Source: Syntrophaceae bacterium UBA1411
GTDB taxonomy: Bacteria; Desulfobacterota; Syntrophia; Syntrophales; Smithellaceae
Assembly (NCBI GenBank): GCA_002304995.1
Contig: DBPV01000097.1
Coordinates: 7,434-68,554 of the forward strand
Direction: 5' to 3'
Length of the DNA: 61,121 nt
Part shown: piece by piece, positions 8,915 through 16,827 of the stretch
Layout: every line of letters begins with the position of its first letter
How positions within the stretch are numbered: position 1 is the first letter of the stretch
Notes under the pieces: generated by a model
What the model saw: only the letters and a program-made list of their open reading frames with translations
Told to the model about the DNA's origin: nothing
Databases searched by the model: none
Translations under genes and position numbers: made by a program

Positions 8915-10241
8915 CATCCGCTTTCTGTTGGTTGTCGCCTGCGCCGTGGCGCTCGCCGCGTCCGCGTCCGCGCGGGCGGATGAGCCGCTGACGCTCGAGG
9001 CGTGTGTGTCCCTGGCGCTCAAGAACAGCCTGGTGCTGAACATGGCCAGGGAGGGCGCGCGGGGGGCCGAAGCAAGAAAACATGAGGCGCTGACCGGATT
9101 TCTGCCGAAACTCAGCACGTCCTACAGTTACACCCGCCTCAATGAAGAGCCGAGCTTTTACTTTCCCGGATTTGTCGGGCCGCCTCCCATCCCCGGCGGA
9201 TACATGGTCACGGGAACGATCAACAATTACAATTGGGTCATCGAGGCCCGCCAGCCGCTGTTTGCCGGCGGGGGCCTCTGGGCCAACTATCAGGCCAGCC
9301 GGATTGCCGAAAATGCAGCGGGCGTCGAAATCACGGCCAAATCCCTGGATGTGGTCCGGGACGTCAGGATCGCCTATTTCAACATCCTGCGGTCGCAGCG
9401 GCTGGTGGCGGCCGCGCGCCAGGCGGTGGAAATGCTTTCCGCCCACAGCGACGTCGCCAGGAATTTCCACCGCGTCGGCCTCATTCCCAAAAACGATCTT
9501 TTGCAGACGGAAGTGGAACTGGCCAACGGCCGGCAGGCGGCGATCCGCACGCAAAACGCCCTGGAACTCGCCAAGGCCGGCCTCAACACGATGCTCAAGC
9601 GCCCGGTGACGGCGCCCGTGGAGGTCGTCGATATCCTGGACTATTCCCCCTTCAAACAGACCTTTGAAGAATGTCTGGACATCGCGCGGCAGCGCCGGCC
9701 GGAGCTGAAGCTTTCCGAACTGCGCGCAAATCAGGCGGGCCAGATGGTCCGTGTCGCACAAAGCGAATTTTTTCCCGCCGTCAGCCTGATGGGCACTTAC
9801 GGCCGCTTCGGCGATACGCCATCCGTGTCCGGCACGCTGTATAAGGATATGGAAAGCTGGCAGGTGATGGCGGTGGCCAGCTGGAATTTCTGGGAGTGGG
9901 GCAAGACCAAGTTCCGTGTGGACGCGGGGCGGGCGGCGGAAAATCAGGCGCTCGACCAGGTCCGGGAACTCCAGGATCAGATGGCGCTGGAAATCAAGAA
10001 CGCCTTCCTCACGCTGCAGGAAGCCGAAAGCCAGATTGCCGTCTCGCAGAAAGTCATCGAACAGGCGGAGGAAAACTTCCGGATTGCCGAAGCCCGCTAT
10101 AAGGAGAGGGTGGCGCGGTCGACGGAAGTATTGGACGCCCAGACGCTGCTCACGCGGGCGAAATCCGAATACGCCAATGCTCTGGCGGATTATCATATTT
10201 CCCTGGCGCGGCTTGAGCGGTCGATGGGGACGCTTCCGTAG
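8904..10241 (+). CDS. TolC-family outer membrane efflux protein 1
   Basis: Signal peptide and duplicated OEP repeats (LTLEACVSLALKNS; EVLDAQTLL); overlaps the TetR stop. Confidence 0.9.
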   Translation: MTINIRFLLVVACAVALAASASARADEPLTLEACVSLALKNSLVLNMAREGARGAEARKHEALTGFLPKLSTSYSYTRLNEEPSFYFPGFVGPPPIPGGYMVTGTINNYNWVIEARQPLFAGGGLWANYQASRIAENAAGVEITAKSLDVVRDVRIAYFNILRSQRLVAAARQAVEMLSAHSDVARNFHRVGLIPKNDLLQTEVELANGRQAAIRTQNALELAKAGLNTMLKRPVTAPVEVVDILDYSPFKQTFEECLDIARQRRPELKLSELRANQAGQMVRVAQSEFFPAVSLMGTYGRFGDTPSVSGTLYKDMESWQVMAVASWNFWEWGKTKFRVDAGRAAENQALDQVRELQDQMALEIKNAFLTLQEAESQIAVSQKVIEQAEENFRIAEARYKERVARSTEVLDAQTLLTRAKSEYANALADYHISLARLERSMGTLP

Positions 10242-10287
10242 GCGGGAGCGGTGCAGTGTTTTTAAGGATAGGGAAAGGATCGGATAC

Positions 10288-11589
10288 ATGAACAAAGTGT
10301 GGTGGGGCCTGCTGACGGCGGCCTTGGCCGCGGTGATAGCCGCGAGCGGCGCAGCGGCTCAGGAATACACCCTGGGCGATTTGTACCGGCAGGCGTTGAA
10401 GAATTCCGAAAAAATAAAATATGCCGAGGAAAACCTGTACATCTCACAGATGGGGCGTCGGAAAGCCTGGGCGGTTTTGATTCCCAGGGTGACGGCCTTC
10501 GGCACCTACAATCGCTTTTCCGAGGAAAAATTCACCGTCACCGGCGCGGTGATTCAGCCCGAGGTGTCCGGAACCTGGGGCATCCGCGCCGATCAGGCGT
10601 TTTCGCTCAGCATCCGCGAACTGGACGCGCTTAAAATGTCCGGTCAGATGATCACGAAAAGCGCGTACGATCTCGACGCCGCCAAGGCGGATTTTCTCCT
10701 GGCCGTGGCGTCTGCCTACTATGACGTGCTGCGGGCGAAGAAAGGCCTGGAAATCGCAGCGGCCAATATGGAGCGGCTGACCCAGTACCGCGACTCCGTG
10801 ATGAAAAGACTCAAGGTCGGCGAAGTGACGAAAACGGCGCTCCTGCGGGCCGACGGCGAATTGTCCGGCGCGCGCGCCGATTATATCCGGGCGACCAACG
10901 CCTACAAGCTGTCGCGCGCGGCGCTGACCCGCGTGACGGGGATCGAGGAAACCTTTCGTCTGAAGGACGAAAACGGAACCTCTCCGGAGCTGGACCGGTT
11001 TGACGCCCTGCGGCAGACGGCTTTTTCATTGCGGGCCGACTTGAAAAGCTACGAAATGCAGAAGATGATCGCCGAACAGCAGGTGAAGTATGCCCGGGGC
11101 GCTTTCTGGCCCACGGTCGGATTATACGCCGTTTACAACGCGGCGGATCAGAATCCGGCGACGGTGAGCCTCGTGCGCGAAAGCATTCTGGCGGGCGCAT
11201 CGCTCAATTTTCCTTTTTTTGAAGGCGGACTGCGGGTGGCCGAACTCCGGGAAGCCCAGGCCAAAGAGCGTCAGGCGCGCCTGGCGTACGACGATCTCAA
11301 AAAAAACATCGACGTCGAACTGCGCGGCGCTTATCTGGACCTGGAAACGCAGCAGGGCGCGCTTGCGTTTCTCGAGGACCAGCTCGTCTTCGCCCAGGAC
11401 AATTACAACGCCGTTTTGCGGCAGTATGAAAACGGCCTGGCGACGAGTCTGGACGTCATGGACGCCAACGCGCTGCTTCTGTCGGCGGAAAGAAACGCGG
11501 CGGAAGCCCTCTACGGCTGGCGGCTTGCCTATTTGAAAGTGAGAAAATCGAGCGGAACGCTCTTGACGTTCGTTCTGGACGGTGTTTGA
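10288..11589 (+). CDS. TolC-family outer membrane efflux protein 2
   Basis: Start re-set to ATG 10288 (MNKVWWG, signal peptide); YTLGDLYRQALKNS, VASAYYDVL, YENGLATSLDVMDA. Confidence 0.88.
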   Translation: MNKVWWGLLTAALAAVIAASGAAAQEYTLGDLYRQALKNSEKIKYAEENLYISQMGRRKAWAVLIPRVTAFGTYNRFSEEKFTVTGAVIQPEVSGTWGIRADQAFSLSIRELDALKMSGQMITKSAYDLDAAKADFLLAVASAYYDVLRAKKGLEIAAANMERLTQYRDSVMKRLKVGEVTKTALLRADGELSGARADYIRATNAYKLSRAALTRVTGIEETFRLKDENGTSPELDRFDALRQTAFSLRADLKSYEMQKMIAEQQVKYARGAFWPTVGLYAVYNAADQNPATVSLVRESILAGASLNFPFFEGGLRVAELREAQAKERQARLAYDDLKKNIDVELRGAYLDLETQQGALAFLEDQLVFAQDNYNAVLRQYENGLATSLDVMDANALLLSAERNAAEALYGWRLAYLKVRKSSGTLLTFVLDGV

Positions 11590-11670
11590 TGAGGATCGCG
11601 GTTTTGAAAAGGGCCGCAAAGAGGAGTGGAGTTTATGCGTGTTGACGGTCGTGGGTGTGAGGGAAAATCG

Positions 11671-12756
11671 ATGGTTGTTCGTTCATGGGGCTTGTGTCTG
11701 CTGACGGCGCTTGTCCTTTTGCCGGGGGTGTTTTCGCTGGCCGCCTGCTCGAAGGAAAAGCAGGCCGAGCCGGAGCGGCTGGTGAATGTCCGCGTCTGGA
11801 CCGCTGAGACGCGGACCGTTCAGCCTTACCTGGAAACAACCGGAACGTTGAAAGCCGACGAGGAAGTTCTGGTGAGCTCGGAGGTGGACGGCCTGATCAG
11901 GGACATTTACGTAGAGGAAGGGACGTCCGTCGTCCGGGGAACCCTTCTGGCCCGGATCAACGAAACCGACTATCATCTCGACGCCAAACGCGCGGACGCA
12001 ATGCTCCGCCAGGCCGAAGCGACGCTGGCCAATGCGCGCGCCGAATTCAAGAGAAAAGAAGCCCTGTACCGGGAAGAGCTCATCACGAGGCAGCAGTTTG
12101 ACGATATTTCCACGCGCGTCACGCTCGCCGAAGCCGAACTGGAGCGGGCCAGGGCGACGCAGGCGATCTCTCGGGAAAGACTGGTCCGCGCGAAAATCTA
12201 TTCTCCGCTGGTCGGCGCGGTCAAGGAAAAGCGCGTATCCGTCGGCGACTACGTGCGCAACGGAACGCCTCTGTTCCAGCTCATCAAAGTCAATCCGCTC
12301 AAGCTGGCCTTTACCGTCAGCGAGAAGGACGTCGGCGCCGTGAAAGAGGGACGGGAGGTTGTCTTCAACGTGGACGCCTTTCCCGACAGAACCTTCAAAG
12401 GCAAAATCAGCCTCCTGTATCCGCACATCGAGGAGCGCACGCGCACGCTGCAGGCGGAGGCGCTCGTTCCCAACGCCGATCGCACCCTCAAACCGGGCTA
12501 TTTCGCACGGATCAAGATTTATACCGAACGGCCCCGGGAGGCGGTTCTGGCGCCGCTGACGTCGCTCATGTACGACGGCCCCACCATCCGGCTGTTCGTG
12601 GTGAACGGCGGCAAGGCCAAAGAGCGCGTCATCAAGAGGGGAAATCCCTTCGGCGAGTACGTCGAGGTGACCGAAGGCCTGAAAGCCGGCGAGCAGGTTG
12701 TCGTCGTCGGACAGAACAACCTGTCGGAAGGGGTAAAGGTCAATGTGGCTCGCTGA
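11671..12756 (+). CDS. RND efflux periplasmic adaptor (membrane fusion protein)
   Basis: Lipoprotein-like signal (SLAAC), lipoyl halves (VSSEVDG, IYSPLVGAV), LKPGYFAR, GLKAGEQVVVVGQ. Start uncertain (11626-11671). Confidence 0.92.
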   Translation: MVVRSWGLCLLTALVLLPGVFSLAACSKEKQAEPERLVNVRVWTAETRTVQPYLETTGTLKADEEVLVSSEVDGLIRDIYVEEGTSVVRGTLLARINETDYHLDAKRADAMLRQAEATLANARAEFKRKEALYREELITRQQFDDISTRVTLAEAELERARATQAISRERLVRAKIYSPLVGAVKEKRVSVGDYVRNGTPLFQLIKVNPLKLAFTVSEKDVGAVKEGREVVFNVDAFPDRTFKGKISLLYPHIEERTRTLQAEALVPNADRTLKPGYFARIKIYTERPREAVLAPLTSLMYDGPTIRLFVVNGGKAKERVIKRGNPFGEYVEVTEGLKAGEQVVVVGQNNLSEGVKVNVAR

Positions 12757-15700
12757 TACTTCCGTCAAACGGCCGGTTTTTGCCACCATGGTCATTCTGG
12801 CGCTGGTGGTGCTGGGCGTCGTCAGTTATCCGTCCATCGGCGTGGATCTCTTTCCGAAGATTGATTTCCCCATTGTGACCATCACCACCACGCTCAAAGG
12901 CGCGAGCCCCGACGTGATGGACGTCGATGTGACCGACCGCATCGAAGGCGCCGTGAACACGATCAACGGCGTCAAGAGCATCACCTCGACCAGCTATGAA
13001 AGCTATGCCCGAACCACGATCGAGTTCGTTCTGGAGCGGGACATCGATCAGGCCGTTCAGGATGTGCGCGAGAAAGTTTCCGGGATTCGCAACAAACTGC
13101 CCGAGGACATCGATGAGCCGCGGATCGCCAAAGTGGATCCCGATGCGTCGCCGATTCTGTTTCTGAATCTTTCCGGAGATCGGTCGGTGCGCGATCTGTC
13201 CCTGTATGCCGACGAGACGCTCAAGGAACAGCTCCAGCGGATCAACGGCGTGGGCGACGTCATCTTTTACGGGCTTAGGCTCCGCCAGGTGCGCATCTGG
13301 CTGGATACGGCCAGGATGCAGGCCTATCAGATCGCTCCCGGCGATGTGGTTCTGGCTCTGAAGCGGGAAAATATCGAGCTTCCGGGCGGCCGGATTGAAA
13401 CCCAAACCAAGGAGTACACGGTCCGGATCAAGGGAGAGTTTGCCCGAATTCCGGATTTCAACGATCTGATTATCAGCTACTATAAAGGCGCGCCGGTGCG
13501 GGTTCGCGATATCGGCCGCGCGGAAGACGGCATGGAAGAAAAACGGTCGCTGGCGCGCTTTAACCGTATTCCGGCAGTCGGTATGGCGATTCAGAAACAA
13601 TCCGGCACCAACACGGTCGAAGTGGCCAACCGGGTGAAAAGTGAAATTGCGAAGATCAACAAGACACTGCCCCCCGGGATGAAGGTCAATATTGCCGTGG
13701 ACCAGTCGCTGTTTATTGTCCGTTCCATTGATGAAGTGCAGTTTCACCTGCTCATCGGCAGCCTCTTTGCCATTCTGGCCGTATTTCTCTTTTTAAAAAA
13801 TGTGCGCACGACGCTCATCAGCGCCGTGGCCCTGCCGGTGTCCGTCATCTCCACGTTTGCCCTGCTCAATGCGTTTAACTTTACCTTCAACAATATGACG
13901 ATGCTGGCGCTGTCGCTGTCGGTGGGACTGCTGATCGATGACGCGATTATTGTCATTGAAAACATTTACCGGCATGTGGAAGAAGGCATGGAACCCCGCG
14001 AGGCGGCCACCTTCGCCACGTCGGAAATCGGCCTGGCGGTCATGGCGACGACGCTGGCCATTGTGGCGATCTTTCTGCCCGTCGCTTTCATGAAGGGGAT
14101 CATCGGCCGTTTCTTCCTGCAGTTCGCGCTGACCATCGTCTTTGCGGTGCTGGTGTCTTTGCTGGTCTCCTTCACGTTGACGCCGATGATGGCGTCAATT
14201 TTTCTCAAATCGCGTCAGAAATCCATTCCCAATCCGCTGGCAGCGGTCGGTGGGTCGCTTTCCCCGCAGCCTCCGGCGGGAAAAAACATCTGGCAGAAAG
14301 CCGGTGACGCGATGGAGCGCGCCTACAAAAAGCTGGAAGCGTTTTACCGGCGCGTCCTCCAGTTCACCCTGGGCTACCGCAAGACCGTCCTCGCCGGCGC
14401 CCTGGTCGTTTTTATTTTGAGCCTGGCGCTGACGACCTTTATCGGCAAGGAATTCAACCCGCCGGAGGATCAGGGCGTTTTCATCATCCGCATGGAGGCG
14501 CCTATCGATTTTTCGGTTGAAGAGCTGGAGCGGTATTATGGAAACACCGAAGCGATGATCCAGGAACTGCCGGGAGTCAAATCCGTTTATTATGTTCAGG
14601 GTTACGGAGGCTACACCAACCGCGCGCTGATGATGGTCAACCTGGTGCCGAAAGCCCAGCGGCGGCACAGCCAGGAACAGCTGAAAAAGATGGCGCGGTC
14701 GAAATTGAACGCCATTCCGGGCATCAAAGTATCCGCTGAAGATTTTTCCGTTGTGGGAGGCGGTATCCGGAACGTGCCCATTCAGTACAGCATCCGGGGG
14801 CAGGATCTCAATGCCCTGCAGGAGTACGCGAAAAAAATTACGGCGGAGTTTTCCAAACTGCCGGGCATTGTGGACGTGGACACCTCGCTGGAAAGAGGGA
14901 AGCCGGAATTCAAGGTTTACATCGACCGCGACCGGGCGGCCAACCTGGGTGTGGACGTGGCCACCGTCGCCGAGGCGATCAATCTGCTGATCAGCGGAGA
15001 GCTGGACATCGCCCGCTACAAGGATGAACTGCGCGGCAAGCGCTACGACATCCGCGTGCGCCTCAATCCCGAGGATCGAAAAAACGAGCAGGGGCTGCGG
15101 CGCATCGCCGTGCGCGCCCGCGACGGCAAGTTGGTGGAACTGGCCAATGTGGTCAAGGTGGAGGAGAGCACGGGGCCCAGCGTCATCAACCGCGCGGACC
15201 GGCAGAGATCCATCACCGTCTTCGCCTCCCTGGAGGGGAAGCCCCTGGGGGAAGCGAAGAACGAACTCGACGCCATCGCCGCGAAAATTCTGCCGGCCGA
15301 TTATGTTCCCAAATACTACGGGATGGCTGACGTCATGCAGGAATCCTTCGTGTACCTGATTTTTGCCTTGTTCCTGGGAATTGTCATGGCGTACATGGTC
15401 CTGGCCTCCCAGTTTGAAAGCTTCATCCATCCGATTACGGTTTTGCTCTCCATGCCGCTGTCGTTTGTCGGGGCCTTCGGCGCCTTGTTTCTGACGGGGA
15501 ACACGCTCAATATTTTCAGTTTTATCGGCTTGATTCTGCTCATGGGCCTGGTGAAGAAAAACGCGATTCTGCTGGTGGACTATACCAATGTGTTGCGCGG
15601 CCGGGGCATGGCGCGGCGCGAAGCCATCCTGCAGGCGGGTCCCGTCCGGATGCGGCCGATTCTGATGACGACGTTTGCCATGGTGTTCGGCATGCTGCCC

Positions 15701-15913
15701 ATTGCCCTGGGGGTGGGCGAAGGCGCGGAAACGCGGGCGCCCATGGGCATCGCGGTCATCGGCGGTCTTCTGACCTCGCTGGTGCTGACGCTGATCGTGG
15801 TTCCTGCCGCTTACGATATTTTCGACGACTGGCAGGAGTATTTCAAGAACCGCAGAAAGAAAAAAGAGCCGCCTGCGGCAGCACCGGGCCGGCTCGGGGA
15901 GGGACGCCCGTGA
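12743..15913 (+). CDS. RND efflux permease (AcrB/HAE1 family)
   Basis: 1056 aa; LIDDAIIVIEN, VKKNAILLVD and RPILMTT proton-relay motifs. Confidence 0.96.
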   Translation: MWLADTSVKRPVFATMVILALVVLGVVSYPSIGVDLFPKIDFPIVTITTTLKGASPDVMDVDVTDRIEGAVNTINGVKSITSTSYESYARTTIEFVLERDIDQAVQDVREKVSGIRNKLPEDIDEPRIAKVDPDASPILFLNLSGDRSVRDLSLYADETLKEQLQRINGVGDVIFYGLRLRQVRIWLDTARMQAYQIAPGDVVLALKRENIELPGGRIETQTKEYTVRIKGEFARIPDFNDLIISYYKGAPVRVRDIGRAEDGMEEKRSLARFNRIPAVGMAIQKQSGTNTVEVANRVKSEIAKINKTLPPGMKVNIAVDQSLFIVRSIDEVQFHLLIGSLFAILAVFLFLKNVRTTLISAVALPVSVISTFALLNAFNFTFNNMTMLALSLSVGLLIDDAIIVIENIYRHVEEGMEPREAATFATSEIGLAVMATTLAIVAIFLPVAFMKGIIGRFFLQFALTIVFAVLVSLLVSFTLTPMMASIFLKSRQKSIPNPLAAVGGSLSPQPPAGKNIWQKAGDAMERAYKKLEAFYRRVLQFTLGYRKTVLAGALVVFILSLALTTFIGKEFNPPEDQGVFIIRMEAPIDFSVEELERYYGNTEAMIQELPGVKSVYYVQGYGGYTNRALMMVNLVPKAQRRHSQEQLKKMARSKLNAIPGIKVSAEDFSVVGGGIRNVPIQYSIRGQDLNALQEYAKKITAEFSKLPGIVDVDTSLERGKPEFKVYIDRDRAANLGVDVATVAEAINLLISGELDIARYKDELRGKRYDIRVRLNPEDRKNEQGLRRIAVRARDGKLVELANVVKVEESTGPSVINRADRQRSITVFASLEGKPLGEAKNELDAIAAKILPADYVPKYYGMADVMQESFVYLIFALFLGIVMAYMVLASQFESFIHPITVLLSMPLSFVGAFGALFLTGNTLNIFSFIGLILLMGLVKKNAILLVDYTNVLRGRGMARREAILQAGPVRMRPILMTTFAMVFGMLPIALGVGEGAETRAPMGIAVIGGLLTSLVLTLIVVPAAYDIFDDWQEYFKNRRKKKEPPAAAPGRLGEGRP

Positions 15914-16200
15914 AAATGCTGCTGGTTATCTATGCCGAAGCCTCCGACGAAAGCGTTACGGAGGCCTTCAAGCAGGCGGGATACAGAAGCTACACCAAAA
16001 TACGCGGAGCGACGGGCGAGGGGGTGGAAAGCGAACCGAAGCTCGATTCGCACATCTGGCCCGGCCGGAACAATACGCTGATGCTCGCGGTGCCCGACCA
16101 GGACGTCGAATGTCTGATGGAACTGGTGCGGCGCCTGAGAGACGGGCATCCGCGGGCCGGTCTGCGGGCTTTCACCTTTCCGCTCGAGGAGTGCGTGTAG
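15910..16200 (+). CDS. PII-like small transporter-associated protein
   Basis: YTKIRGATGEG...WPGRNN resembles the PII T-loop entry (G-x-G); translationally coupled (GTGA overlap) to the RND permease. Confidence 0.7.
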   Translation: MKMLLVIYAEASDESVTEAFKQAGYRSYTKIRGATGEGVESEPKLDSHIWPGRNNTLMLAVPDQDVECLMELVRRLRDGHPRAGLRAFTFPLEECV

Positions 16201-16344
16201 CGATGGGAGGACAGAGGATCACGCGCCGGCAGAAGGATATTTCCCGGCTGCTGCGCGAAAAGCAGGCCCGGCCGCCGCGGCCGGACCGCGGCCGGAAAGC
16301 GCCGCCTGTCCGGAAGAAGACGGGGTGAAAAAAAGGCGGCGCGT

Positions 16345-16827
16345 TCAGGATTTCCGGTAGAACATCTTGAGGTATTCTTTTTCCAGCTGCTGAAGCTCCT
16401 TGGTTCTTTCCTTGAGCATCCATTCCAGAAAATCGCGGTGCCTTTTCAGCTCCATGGCCGACTTGATCCGCGCCTTGACGACGATCGGCTTGAAAGGTTT
16501 GCTGATGTAATCCACCGCGCCCAGCGCAAAGCCCCTGGCCTCGTCCTCCTCTTCTCCCTTGGCCGTGATGAAGATGACGGGAATGTTCTTCGTGTATTCG
16601 TCGCTTTGCAGCCGGTTCATCACCTCGTAGCCGTCCATCTCCGGCATCAGAATGTCCAGAAGAATCAGGTCCGGCCGCATCGTGGAGATGGCGAGTTTGA
16701 GGCCGGTCGGCCCGTCTTTCGCGAAGAGGATATTGTAGCTGGACTGAAGCAGTTCGTTGAGTACGGCAATATTGGTGACCTCGTCGTCGATGATCAGCAC
16801 GGTCTGCAGCAAAGTGTCTGTTCTCAA
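16345..16827 (-). CDS. Response regulator receiver protein with a short coiled-coil tail and no output domain
   Basis: VLIIDD, PDLILLDILMPEMDG, IPVIFITA, DYISKPF. Confidence 0.9.
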   Translation of the reverse strand: MRTDTLLQTVLIIDDEVTNIAVLNELLQSSYNILFAKDGPTGLKLAISTMRPDLILLDILMPEMDGYEVMNRLQSDEYTKNIPVIFITAKGEEEDEARGFALGAVDYISKPFKPIVVKARIKSAMELKRHRDFLEWMLKERTKELQQLEKEYLKMFYRKS

